From Alphaproteobacteria bacterium (lineage in GTDB: Bacteria; Pseudomonadota; Alphaproteobacteria; SHVV01): 64,000 nucleotides of DNA. The stretch lies in NCBI GenBank assembly GCA_965261735.1, contig OZ253470.1, forward strand, positions 3,488,001 through 3,552,000, written 5' to 3'. How positions within the stretch are numbered: position 1 is the first letter of the stretch; each line of letters begins with the position of its first letter. Of this stretch, positions 30,316 through 41,502 are shown in pieces. The notes under the pieces are model-generated. The model saw only the letters and a program-made list of their open reading frames with translations. It did not search any database and was not told the DNA's origin. Both the position numbers and the translations under genes were made by a program.

Positions 30316-30759
30316 GATTCGCCACTTATTCGAAAAATGCCGGATTGGCAAACGATTGGCGAACACTTTGAATCAAACTCCAGCGCACGTCTGACGCCGT
30401 TCATACAGGATTCGGTCGTGCCGTGGAGGCGGTAGGGGCGGGAGGCGGGCGTGCTTCTGCGGCCCGACCGAATCCTTACTCCTGCCCGCGTGCGCGGTCT
30501 ACGTCGTTCATGTGCCCCAGCTTGGAGCACCACGTCTTGGAGCCATATGGTGCCGGCGGCGGTCTCATGGTAGTCGTTGGACCGCGATGCGACGTGATGG
30601 CGCCGCGCCTCAGCCGGGCCTGATCCGTTCGTGACGGTGTGCGCCACCGACAAGTGGGCAACGTCGCGGGGATCCCTTCCCTCGCCGTGTCGGATAGTTG
30701 GGCCGCCGCAGGGAGCCCGAACAGGCTTCCTACCCACGAAATAGGCATTTCTGTTCCCA

Positions 30760-31445
30760 ATGACCGATAGACTCTTCTTTGCCGAGCCGAGCCGATCACG
30801 AGGCCCGAGGATATTATTCCGCGCCTTGCGAAGCAGGAGTGGCATTGGAAGAAGGGATACTCAGCGTACGAGCTGGCCCATTCCTGGGTGGGAGCGAAAG
30901 GCATTCCTGACCCGGTGGTGGCGGTCCTGCATCAAGCCGAAGAATTCCGGGGCATGGAGCTGATCGAGGGCTTCTTCGAGAAGGAGACCGATCTTCGCTC
31001 CCGCGGGCGGCCAAGCCAGACGGATCTGCTGGCGCTGACTGGCGACGGCGAGGGCTTCGCGGTGCTTGGTGTCGAGGGCAAGGTGGACGAGCCCTTTGGG
31101 CCGCTCATCTCGGAGTGGCTCACCGACGCGTCGGCGAACAAGCGGGCGCGACTGTCGGTTCTTCAAGAGACATTGGGGCTTGCGGATCACAATGTCTCGA
31201 ACCTGCGATACCAGCTTCTACACCGCACGGTAGCGGCGATATACGAAGCGCAGCGCTACAAGGTCCGTCGGGCGTTGATGTTGGTGCATTCGTTTTCTGA
31301 GGGTCATAGTTGGTTCGACGATTTCCGGGTGTTCGCCGACGCCATCGGCACACCTGTCTCCGGCACGAATGAGCTTTCCGCGGAGGTCGAGGTCGAAGGA
31401 GTCTCCCTTCGACTGGGATGGGTCACTGATGAGATTTCGCCATAG
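30760..31445 (+). pseudogene. DUF6946-like PD-(D/E)xK protein, frameshifted by (GCCGA)3 at 30781-30795
   Basis: WKKGYSAYELAHSW, QTDLL, VEGKVDEPFG and YQLLHRT. Removing one GCCGA restores the frame from ATG 30760. Confidence 0.65.
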
Positions 31446-31523
31446 CGCGCCGCCTGCGGTCGTGAGGGCGCTCGCCTATCGCGTGATGCTGAAATATCGA
31501 ACTGGGTCGTGGACCATAGGCAC

Positions 31524-34500
31524 ATGAGCCTCAACACGGCATTTCAGGGGAGCCTCTTCGCCAGCGATTTCCTGTGCGCCGCCATCACCGAATTGCCCGA
31601 CTGGCAGGAACTGGACGACGCGTCGATTGAAGACCTCGAGGCTGCGCTGGGCGCGATCTGCGACCGATTCCCGGCCGCCGCATCGCCCAACGAAAGCCAG
31701 ACCGAGGATGATCTGATCTGGCCCGTCCTCGCACGGCTCGGGTGGACGGTGAGCCTGCGACAGCAAAACCTGAGCGCATATGGCGGAGAGGACGTGCCGG
31801 ACGGCCTGCTGTTCGCGGACGAAGCAGCAAGGACCGGGCTAACCGCTTCGCCCAGGAGTGCAAGCGCTACGAGCTTGGCCTCGCGGTAGTGGAGTCCAAG
31901 CGCTGGCTGCGCCCGCTCGACCGCCGCTCCGGGAAGGCCGGCGAGGAGACGGCGCCATCGACCCAGATGCTGCGCTATCTGCGGCGCATCGACGATCTGA
32001 CCACGGGTGCACTCCGCTGGGGCATTCTCACCAGCGGCGCACGATGGCGCCTCTACTATCAGGGCGCCCGGTCGGTCTCCGAACAGTTTTTTTGAAATCG
32101 ATCTCCCGGCCGTTCTCAATCTTTCCGGCCACAACGAAGGCCTGTTCGCCCTCACCGAGGTGGAACGCCGACACGCGTTGAAGGTGTTTGCGCTGGTCTT
32201 CCGACGCGAGGCCTTCGTGCCCGGCGCGCGCACCTTCCATCAGCGCGCCATCGCGGAAGGCCGCTTCTACGAGGAGCGAGTCGCGGCCAGTCTGTCCGAT
32301 CTGGTCTTTCGCCAGGTTTTCCCCGGGCTCGCGCGTGCGATTTCTGCGGCTGAGTCGGACGTGCCCCTGCCGGAGGTGCGCGAGGCCGCCCTGCTCCTGC
32401 TCTACCGGCTTCTCTTCATCTTCTACGCCGAGGAGCGCGACCTCCTGCCCGACAAGGTTCGCGGCGATGTGGGCCGCCGCAAGGACCAGGGCGATGTCTT
32501 CTCCGAGACTGCTGCGCGCTATTGGTCGGTTGTGACAGATCTCTGCCGCGCCATCGACCAGGGCGACGTTGCCATCGGCCTGCCGCCCTACAATGGCGGC
32601 CTCTTCGACCGGGAGCGCGCGCCGCTTCTCGACCGCATCCGGCTCGGCGACCGGGTCATAGCCGACGTCATAGACGCCCTTTCGTTCGAGCAAGGACCGA
32701 CGGGCCGCCGCTATATCAACTATCGCGACCTCGGCGTCCGCCAACTCGGCTCGATCTACGAACGTCTGCTGGAACACGAACTCGTCCGCGATGGCGACGG
32801 GGTCGCCGTCCGCCCCAACATCTTCGCCCGCAAGGGATCGGGCAGCTACTACACGCCCGACGACCTGGTCGGCCTGATCGTCGAGGAAACCATCGAACCC
32901 CTGGTGCGGGCGCGCATGGACGCCTTCGAGGCGGAAGCCGGGCGAATGCCAGCAGACGGGCCTCAGTGCGAGCGAGCGGTTGTGCGGCTCGCAGCGCTCG
33001 ACCCGGCCGAGAAGATTCTTGAGTTCAAGGTGTGCGACCCGGCCATGGGGTCCGGGCACTTCCTGGTCAGTCTGGTCGACTATCTCGCCGACGGAGTGAT
33101 TGCGGCCATGGCCGAGGCGGAAGCGTTGGTAGAGGGCTATGTCTCGCCGCTCGTGAGCCTGATCCAGGCCATCCGCGACAGGATCGTGGCGAACGCCGAG
33201 GAGCGCGCTTAGGTCACTGACCGGGACCGGCTCGACGACCGCCACATCGTCCGGCGCATGGTCCTCAAGCGCTGCGTCTACGGTGTCGACAAGAACCCCA
33301 TGGAGGTGGAGCTGGTCAAGGTCGCGCTGTGGCTGCGCACCTTCACGGTCGGCGCGCCGCTCAGCTTCCTGGATCACTATCTTCGCTGCGGCGACAGCCT
33401 GTTTTGGCGCATGGGCACGGGGCGGGGTCGACAAGGCGACCGAGTATGGCAGCCCGTTGCTTCTGCACGCCTCTGTCACCCAGGCGGGACTTGCCGCGCG
33501 GGAAATGCAGACTATCGAGGAGTTGACCGACGCCGAGATCGCGGTTGTGTCTCGAAAGTGGTGGAAATTGGTTTTGGCGCCACTCCGAGCGGGTTGAGTT
33601 TTGCGGCGGTCAGGCCGCGCGGTCAAGGGTTTCGTCGGCGATTAGCTGATCGAGGGTTTCCCATCCATCGACTTTGCGCATCTGGATTTGGCCGGAAGCG
33701 AGGAGCGCCCAGAGGAGCATCGGCACTGTTTCGGGACACGGCAGCACGGTCTGTGTTTTGATCCGGCGCTTGAACTCCTCGTTAAGACGCTCAATGGCGT
33801 TGGTCGTTCGGGCTGATTTCCATTGGCTCTTGGACAGGCGCGTGAAGGTAAAGAGCTTGTCGCCCGCTTCTGCGAGGCTGTCCGCGACGGCCCTGCATTT
33901 CAGCCGCCACTTGCGGACAAACGCCTTGCGGCGGGTTTCCACCTCGGAGGCAGTGTCAGCATAGATCATATCGCGGTAATCTTCGCTCAGCTCGTCATGC
34001 ATGTGTTTGGGAGCATGACCCAGAAGGTTGCGGTGCTTGTGCACGGTGCAGCGTTGAACGGGAAGGTCATCGCCCCAAAGCGCCGACAGAGCCGCCTCCA
34101 GTCCCGGCGCGCCATCGACGATGACAAACCCGGGCCGTTTCAGTCCACGCGCATCAAGGTCGTCGAGGAACTGGCGCCACGCCGCCTGGCTTTCTCCGCC
34201 CATATTCCCGATCGAAAGCAAGACCTTCTGGCCATCCCGGCGCACCCCTATAGCCGCGAGAACCGAGATGTTGGTGGCCTTGCGGTCCAGTCGGGTCTTG
34301 ATCACAGTGCCGTCAAGGAGCAACCGAACGATATCCTCATCCGCGAGGCCACGGCTGCACCAGGCGTCCCAATCGACCTTCACCTTGCGCCACGCCCGGC
34401 TCACAACGTCCTTGCTCACAGCACCCCGGAAGAGCCCGAACAGCGCGCGTTTCACCCGCCGCGTGTTGGTTCCGGACAGATACACCGAAGCGATCAGCGC

Positions 34501-34975
34501 CTCGGCCTTTCTGGTCAGCCGCTGGTAGCGCGGCAGCGCCCGCGAACGCCATTCCGACGCTCGACCGTCTTCCTCAACGATCCGCGCACGCGGCACGCTC
34601 ACCCTCTCGGTCCCGAATGTCCCCGTCAGTTGCCGCTCCCGGTGCCCGTTCCGATACCCTTGCCGAAGCGCGTCCTCTCGACCGTATCGGCAGCGCCCGA
34701 GAAACTGCGCAAGTTCCTCCTCAAAAACGGCCTCGATCGTGGATCTGATGTTCTCCCGCAGCCGGTCCTCGAGCGGATCATAGCCGGCGTCATTGGCCAG
34801 TAGCGAAAGCGCGGAAGTCTCGGTAGTGTTCTTCATGGCGTGATCTCCTTGGCGGTGCTAGCCGCCGATTGGGTGGTTGTCTTGTCACCCGGAGATTACG
34901 CCATCCTCAAATTTCCACCACTTTCGAGACACAGCCGAGATCGCCGAGGCGCACCGCTCCGCCGAGACCCTCTGA
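31524..34975 (+). pseudogene. Type IIG (Eco57I-like) R-M fusion gene, multiply frameshifted, IS256-interrupted and truncated
   Basis: PDGLLF..VVESKRW, WGILTSG, LGSIYERLL, GSYYTP, DPAMGSGHFL and YGVDKN are spread over several frames. Confidence 0.85.
33543..34936 (-). mobile_element. IS256-family element, copy A (transposase 33610..34836)
   Basis: IRs GG(T/C)TGTGTCTCGAAAGTGGTGGAAATT, 8-bp TSD GAGATCGC, QRCTVHK and TTNAIERLN. Confidence 0.95.
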
Positions 34976-35011
34976 GACAGGTCTGCGCTGCCGGCCCGCC
35001 GCCGTCCGCGT

Positions 35012-35404
35012 TCAACCCCGCCGGGCCAGCCACAGCGCCGCGATCCATACCGGCAGGCTGAGCACCACCGCGGCGACAACGATCGCCAGCGGTCCGAGCA
35101 ATCCCAGCAGTAGCGACGCCGCCACCGTTACGGTCCCCAGCGCCGCGCCCACGCCCCAGGCGGCACGGCGAAATCCGAGCCACCACAACCGTCGGCACGC
35201 CAGCGCCAGTGGCAGGCCGCAAGGGGCGACGACGATCAGCGAGGGCGCTGCCATCAACACCATCGGCAACCACATTCCGGTCATCTCCGACGGTGTCCTC
35301 TCCGGCATGAAGCGGAACGCCGCCGTCGCGACGACCCCCACCGGCAGCCAGAGCAGCGCCAGCGGCCAGAATCCCCGGCGCCTGGTGGATCCCCGCTCGT
35401 TCAT
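35012..35404 (-). CDS. Small membrane protein (about 4 hydrophobic segments)
   Basis: Hydrophobic stretches throughout, GC-rich codons. Confidence 0.55.
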   Translation of the reverse strand: MNERGSTRRRGFWPLALLWLPVGVVATAAFRFMPERTPSEMTGMWLPMVLMAAPSLIVVAPCGLPLALACRRLWWLGFRRAAWGVGAALGTVTVAASLLLGLLGPLAIVVAAVVLSLPVWIAALWLARRG

Positions 35405-35457
35405 GCCACGCACAACACCAAGGCGATCCGTGATGCGTTGAGAAGAGAAGTTTGCGC

Positions 35458-35751
35458 TTATTTCGCCTTTTCATTCTTGTATGCGATGAAGCCCGACGCG
35501 CCCTTGCCTTTGGCGCGGCACAGTGTGTAACCCTGATTGCCGAGATTGAATTTCGGGTCATTCTCACGGCCTGCGAGAGCCTCGACGATCTTCACCGCCA
35601 CAGGATCGGGTTTGTCTTTGGCTTGTGAAGCAGCTTGGCGCTCCAACCACTTTGCGAAAACTTCTTCGGCGAGGTCATCACCGACAGATTTCCGAAGCGC
35701 GTTCAATTTTCTTACCCGACCCTTGGGGAGCCCAGTTTCATCGATAGCCAT
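35458..35751 (-). CDS. Small basic hypothetical protein
   Basis: 97 aa, Lys-rich, with purine-rich RBS-like sequence upstream. Divergent from the HU gene. Confidence 0.65.
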   Translation of the reverse strand: MAIDETGLPKGRVRKLNALRKSVGDDLAEEVFAKWLERQAASQAKDKPDPVAVKIVEALAGRENDPKFNLGNQGYTLCRAKGKGASGFIAYKNEKAK

Positions 35752-36076
35752 TTCCTGAACCTCTCATTTCCGGCCTCTCTCACTGCAGCGTGGCGCGGCT
35801 TCGGTACAACCAATTACCACTGTTATGCAACAGTTCACGAGCAACAGCGCATGCGATCGCCGAGGCACCTGCGTGTACCACGCGACCGGCGTCAACTGCA
35901 TACGCGCGGAATGGCAACACGCTCAAGCCATCGCATTGATGGCTTTCGACGCCTGCCCACAACCTTTAAAACAAGGCCTTTGGGGCCGCTTGTAGTATAC
36001 ACATGGGTACAAGTCCACTATATGTAGTGGCCTTAGGAGAACGTTTCGGTTCGGGGAACAACAGAGGCCACACATC

Positions 36077-36361
36077 ATAGGCAGAGCCGCGTTCATCGAG
36101 AATGTCGCCAGGAAGTGCAACATGAGCAAGGCCGAGGCCAAGCGCACGGTCGATCTGGTCTTGGGCGAGGTCGAGGCTGGGCTGAAGAAGTCGAAGAAGG
36201 AAGGCCGCTACACCATCGGCAACTTCGGCACCTTTACCATCACCAGGCGTCCGGCGCGCAAGGGCCGCAATCCGCAGACGGGCGAAGCGATCCGGATCAA
36301 GGCCTCCAAGGTTCTGAAGTTCCGGCCGGCCGCCGCGTTGAAGAGGGCGGCGGGCGCCTGA
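36077..36361 (+). CDS. HU-family DNA-binding protein
   Basis: NFGTFTITRRPARKGRNPQTGEAIRIKASKVLKFRPAAALK. HU helix 1 extends back to an ATA at 36077; the first ATG is at 36122. Confidence 0.88.
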   Translation: MGRAAFIENVARKCNMSKAEAKRTVDLVLGEVEAGLKKSKKEGRYTIGNFGTFTITRRPARKGRNPQTGEAIRIKASKVLKFRPAAALKRAAGA

Positions 36362-36393
36362 TCTCCGGTTGACATCTCCCAGTTTCGGCACTG

Positions 36394-36510
36394 ATGCGCA
36401 CGTTGGAGGAGCAGACAGCCGCCGTACGCCAAGTGCTGAGGGGTGTATTTGGGTTCGACGGGTTCCGCCCGGGCCAGGAAGCGGCCATCGAGGCGTTCCT
36501 GGCCGGCGCC
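36394..36510 (+). pseudogene. recQ: RecQ helicase N-terminal remnant
   Basis: VLRGVFGFDGFRPGQEAAIEAFLAG (Q motif) only. Confidence 0.7.
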
Positions 36511-36652
36511 GCAGGCGTCGTCGCCGCCGCGACCGTACCCCGATCAGTCGATGGTGCCGGTGCCAGTGGCCGCCAGTGGGACACCGAAATCCCGGCGCTG
36601 GACCCCCCCCCCCGACAGCGCTGCAAGCTGTGTAAAACGGGAAGACGTTGAA

Positions 36653-39250
36653 ATGAATTTATCGTCATGCGTGCAGTTTTCATGCGTGCCGCCCTACGGC
36701 CGCCGGACGCCCACACTGTTCTGGATTGCCGCCGCCATGGCGATTGCTGCGGTGATGTTTCTGGCCCCTGCGCATAGCGCCGCCGCCGAGGGGGACGCAT
36801 CGGTGGCCAGCCACATCCCCCAGCTGGCGGTGGATGCGGTACGCCCCTTGGCCGTGATCGACCGCGAGGATATCGCGCTGTCGGGCATGCGCACGGTCTC
36901 GGACCTGCTGGTGAGCCGGCAACGCTTCAACAGCTTCGGCCTTCATCGGGTACTGTTCCTGGGCAGCCGGGTCGCTTATCTCATCGATGGCCGCCGCATC
37001 TCAGATTCCACCCTCGATCTGTCCACCCTGCCGATATCGGCGGTGGAGCGCATTGAGATCCTGAGCGGCAGCGCCGCTGCTCTGCACGGCGGGCACGCCA
37101 TCGCCGGTGCGATCAACATCGTGCTCAGGCGCGGTAATGAGGGTGTCGAGGCCTCGACCTTCGCCGCCCGGCCGACGGACGCAGGCGGCGATATGGAGCA
37201 GGGCAGCGCCTTGTGGGGAGGCGAGGTCGGCCAGGGCCATATGACCGTCGCTGTGGATGTCTTCCGACGCCAGGAAATTCCCGACTCGGCGCGGGAGCAC
37301 AGCCGCGCCCAATGGACGCCGGGCGGCACGTTCGCCGACGCGTCCGGCGTTTCGGTGGGCGGCAACACCGTCTTCATCGCGACCAAGAGCTATGACGAGA
37401 ACGGCGACGTCACCGCCATCCACGTTCCCGGCGTTGTCAGTCGTTCGATCGCGCGCCCCCTCGGCAATTGCCCCGGCAGCATGTACACCGGCGCGCTCGC
37501 CGACCCTCTCGGCAGTCCAGGCACAGGTTGCGGCTTCGCCTATGCCGACATCTCGTGGGCTATGGCGCGCTATGGGCGGGAAAGCCTGTTCCTCGCCCTC
37601 GATCATCCGCTCGGCGAAGGCGCCGATGCTTATCTCGATATCCGGGCTGCAAGGGACAAAACGCTGGAGCGCTATGCTCCTTCGGTCGGCACCTTCTCCG
37701 TTTCGTCGGAGACGCTCAGGGACCAGCTGCTGTCCGATCCCGAGATCGACTCGCTACCCGAGAGCGTTCGCGTGTCCCATCGCTTTGTCGGCCACGGCAA
37801 CCGCGAGTGGCTTACGACGCTGGAGGAATATGACGTCACGCTCGGCCTGGAGGGGCAGTTCGCAGACAGCATCGGCTATGACGCGCACCTGCGCTACTAC
37901 CGCCACGATTCGCTCGTCGACGGCAATACCTTCGTGAGCGGAAGCGCCATCCAGCGGGTCATCGACGAAGGGCGTTATGACCTCGTGAACCCGCTCTCTC
38001 CCGCCAATCGTGACGCGATCCGAGAGACGGCGCTGCGGCTGACCCGCGATCGGGTGACGGACTACAGGACGGTCCGCGCATCCCTGGACGGACCGATGTT
38101 GGTGCTTCCCGGCGGCGAGGCGCGGTGGGCGGCGGGCGCGGAGTTTGCCGCCGAGGACTGGCGCGATGTCCACGCCTATCGGGACCGTTCCGGCCGTTCC
38201 TACGACGCGAGGGACGTGCTCGGGGCCGGTGGGATACAGGCGTCGGGCGACCGGCAGCGCTGGTCGGGTTTCGGGGAGGTGTCGCTGCCGGTGCGTGACG
38301 ATTGGGACGTCACGTTGGCAGGGCGGGGCGACGATCATGACGATGTCGGCGCGACCTGGTCCCACCAGCTTGCGAGCCGGTTCCGCCTGAACGATGCCCT
38401 GACGCTGCGGGGCTCCTGGGACAAAGGCTCCAGGCCGCCCAGCCTGTACGAACTGCATCTGCGCAGCTCGAACGATTTTCCGTGGGTCTGTGACAGGAGG
38501 AGCCATGGGGGCGCGCTGGAGACCTGCCCCGTAGAGCAGGTGGTGCGGGTGAGTAGCGGCAATTCGAACCTGGAGCCGGACGAGGCCGAGAGCGTCAGTC
38601 TCGGCGCCGTGATCGGCCTGGGATCGCTATCCCTGAGTGCGGACTGGTTCCGGATCGCGCTTTCCGATGTGCCGGCTCGATTGTCCCCGCAGTCGATCAT
38701 GGATCTCGAGGCCAGGGAAGGGTTGCCGCCCGGTGTGGCGGTGACACGCACACAGGAGGGCAAGGTCGAGCGGATCGATAGTCCGATCGTCAACAGCGGG
38801 GAGACCGATGCGTCGGGTGTCGATGTGAGGGCGCGGCTCGACTGGGACATCGCCTGGGCGGACTTGGCGATTGATGCTCGTTGGCTGCGCATGAGCCGGC
38901 AAGAGACCCGGGTGGCCGGCGAACTTCAGCCGGGCGACTATCCGCGGGACCGCGTTCATGGGTCGCTTAGGGCGAGCCGAGGCGGCCTCACCGCGAGCTG
39001 GAGTGTATACGCGGTTTCGGGCTACTGGAACGCGCGCCGGACCGGCCGCTTCGACGGCTGGGTGGGCCACGACATCACCGTCCGCTGGCGCGACCCCTTC
39101 GGTCTGAGCGGGATGGACCTCACCGGCGGCGTGCTCAATATCGCGGATCGCGGCCCGGCCATCGATCCCACGGACCCCGATGCCGCGGACGTGAGTCTGG
39201 ACTCGGGTCGGGGGCGCATGATCTTCCTGACCGCCACGATGTCGTGGTGA
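36653..39250 (+). CDS. TonB-dependent receptor
   Basis: Signal peptide (…APAHSAAAE), plug motifs VIDREDI, LIDGRR and VERIEIL..GAINIVL, barrel motif GNSNLEPDEA, C-terminal Trp. Confidence 0.88.
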   Translation: MNLSSCVQFSCVPPYGRRTPTLFWIAAAMAIAAVMFLAPAHSAAAEGDASVASHIPQLAVDAVRPLAVIDREDIALSGMRTVSDLLVSRQRFNSFGLHRVLFLGSRVAYLIDGRRISDSTLDLSTLPISAVERIEILSGSAAALHGGHAIAGAINIVLRRGNEGVEASTFAARPTDAGGDMEQGSALWGGEVGQGHMTVAVDVFRRQEIPDSAREHSRAQWTPGGTFADASGVSVGGNTVFIATKSYDENGDVTAIHVPGVVSRSIARPLGNCPGSMYTGALADPLGSPGTGCGFAYADISWAMARYGRESLFLALDHPLGEGADAYLDIRAARDKTLERYAPSVGTFSVSSETLRDQLLSDPEIDSLPESVRVSHRFVGHGNREWLTTLEEYDVTLGLEGQFADSIGYDAHLRYYRHDSLVDGNTFVSGSAIQRVIDEGRYDLVNPLSPANRDAIRETALRLTRDRVTDYRTVRASLDGPMLVLPGGEARWAAGAEFAAEDWRDVHAYRDRSGRSYDARDVLGAGGIQASGDRQRWSGFGEVSLPVRDDWDVTLAGRGDDHDDVGATWSHQLASRFRLNDALTLRGSWDKGSRPPSLYELHLRSSNDFPWVCDRRSHGGALETCPVEQVVRVSSGNSNLEPDEAESVSLGAVIGLGSLSLSADWFRIALSDVPARLSPQSIMDLEAREGLPPGVAVTRTQEGKVERIDSPIVNSGETDASGVDVRARLDWDIAWADLAIDARWLRMSRQETRVAGELQPGDYPRDRVHGSLRASRGGLTASWSVYAVSGYWNARRTGRFDGWVGHDITVRWRDPFGLSGMDLTGGVLNIADRGPAIDPTDPDAADVSLDSGRGRMIFLTATMSW

Positions 39251-39364
39251 GGGAAGGTCGGGCCGATCACAGCGTCATCGGATGGAGCGAAGCAGGCTCA
39301 GGCAACCTGCTCCTCGAACGGAACGAGTTCGATGTCGCCTTCCCGCTTGCGGGTCTGATCCGGA

Positions 39365-39455
39365 TGTTATTCGGCGCGCAGATTCGACGCCGATCGGCGC
39401 GCTAACCGTTTGAAATCTCTTGATCCGGAGGGTCAAAATTTCGCGCCGAATAACA
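39365..39455. repeat. About 90-bp MITE with IS21-like ends, copy 3 (best conserved)
   Basis: TIRs TGTTATTCGGCGCG ... CGCGCCGAATAACA. Confidence 0.75.
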
Positions 39456-39513
39456 CATACGGGGCTACCGCGCGGCGCGTCCCCGCCGCCGTTCCTGATA
39501 AAATTACCGATAT

Positions 39514-41026
39514 TGTCCGTCATCAAAACAAATGGGACTGTTGAGCGTGTTTCATAAGAGAGGATCTGGCTCATCTTTGTTTGATGTTAAGCCGCTTGGC
39601 TTTGATGGTTCAAGCGGCGGTTTTGGGTGGTCAGTTTTTTTGATCTTTTTTCTCTTTTCGATGATGGCGGTGTGGCGTCCAAAGTAGGCGTCGGCTGGAG
39701 TTACGTTGCCGACGCTCTCGTGGTAGCGTTGGTTGTTGTAGTGATCGACGAAGGCGCTGATCTGGTTTTCGAGATCGCCGGGTAGATAATAATTTTCAAG
39801 CAGGATCCGGTTCTTCAGCGTTTGATGCCAGCGCTCGATCTTGCCCTGGGTTTGCGGGTGATACGGTGCGCCCCGAACGTGATCCATACCGTGGTCCTCG
39901 AGCCATTCCGCGAGATCACCGGAGATATAGGACGAGCCGTTGTCGCTGAGCAGCCTCGGCTTGTGGACGACATTGGCGCGGTTGCAGCCTGAGGCTTCTA
40001 GCGCCAACTTCAGTGTTGCCGTCACATCGTCCGCCGTCATGTTGGTGCAGAGCTTCCAAGCAATGATGTAGCGGGAATAGTCGTCCAGGATGGTCGACAG
40101 GTAAAACCAGCCCCAGCCGATGACCTTGAGATAGGTGAAGTCGGTCTGCCACAGCTGGTTCGGCGCCGTGATCTTGTCGCGGAACTCATCGGCTGCCTTG
40201 ATGACCACGAAAGCGGGGCTGGTGATCAGGTCGTGGGCCTTGAGAAGCCGGCAAACCGAGGCTTCCGAGACAAAATAGCCCCTGGTGTCCGTAAACCTGA
40301 CGGCCAGTTCCCGGGGCGACAGTTGCGTCTCCTCCAGGGCAAGATCGATGATCTGCCCCCGGACATCATCCGGGATACGGTTCCACACCCGGCCTGGGCT
40401 GCTGTTGCGATCCTCAAGACCGGCGTCGCCAAAGGCCAGAAAGCGATCGTACCAGCGATAAAAGGTGGTCTTCGGAATGCCCAGCTTGTCCAAAGTGGAC
40501 CCGACGCCCAGGTGGGACTGCTCGACCAGGCGGATGATCTCCAGCTTCTCGGATGCGGGATACCTCATTCCTCGTCTCCCCCATGCCCGATCATGTTTTT
40601 TTTGAGAAGCCGGTTCTCCAGCGAAAGTTCGGCGACCAACTCCTTCAAGTCGCGCATCTCCTGGCGCAGGCCTTTAACCTCGCCCGAGGTCGCTTGGCGC
40701 CCGGTGTCGCCGGCGAGCCGCTTCTTGCCCGCTTCCAAAAACTCTTTCGACCAGCTGTAATACAGACCCTCGGCGATGCCCTCGCGGCGGCACAAGGCGG
40801 CGATGCTCTCCTCGCCGCGCAGGCCCGACACCACGATCCGGATCTTCTCCTCAGCCGTATACTGCTTGCGTGTCTTGCGGCGAATATCCCGAACCGTTCC
40901 CTCCGCCGGGTCGTTCTTGCTCATTGATTTCTGTCTCATCTTCGTTCCCTTCGGTCACTACGATGAGCCAGAAATCCTCCGGTATGCAATTACCTCAATT
41001 TGTCCCAAAGGCGCTGACGTCAGACA
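39514..41026 (-). mobile_element. IS3-family element (orfA 40565..40939, orfB 39552..40568)
   Basis: TG...CA ends, A8 slippery run at 40596-40603, WQTDFT, LSDNGS and GKIERWH DDE motifs. Confidence 0.9.
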
Positions 41027-41130
41027 TTGTCCTCGAAACGGGAATTCGAGGTGTCGCGCACGCCTTCAGCAAATGCGATAGGGTCGTGTCCTACACCACG
41101 CTGTGGGACACGACCTACCGGCATTGCCCG

Positions 41131-41345
41131 ATGTTCACCGTAGTCGCCCCCACGACGAGTCTTAGCCTCGACGACCATTTCATAAAGCGTCCTGCGGCGA
41201 CGTTCTTCGTCACGGTCGAGGGCGATGGCATGGCCGAACACGGGATCCTTGCCGGCGACATCCTGATCGTCGACCGTTCGCGCACGCCGGGTGCAGGCTC
41301 CATCGTCATCCCGGCAATCGAAGGTGAGCTGACCGCCCGTCCCTT
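41131..41345 (+). pseudogene. umuD: UmuD/LexA S24 remnant
   Basis: LSLDDHFIKRPAATFFVTVEGDGM..GILAGDILIVDRS. The catalytic Ser is lost and the gene is truncated. Confidence 0.7.
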
Positions 41346-41502
41346 GAGTGAGTCGCTATCACCTCCACCTTCACCGCCAGCGATGACAGGCGGTCCGGGG
41401 GAAGTCTTCGAGCGCGCCGGCTGGCGCCAGCAGACGCAGTGCAAGCGCCCCACGTGGCGGGGCCTGTTCGGCAGCGGCGAGGCGGAGTGAAATGTAAGGC
41501 CA

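Noticed and set aside
32028-33626. Long antisense ORFs (also 2277..3482, 53330..54358, 57508..58947 and similar)
   Set aside because: Shadow frames opposite real GC-rich genes, with no recognisable motifs.
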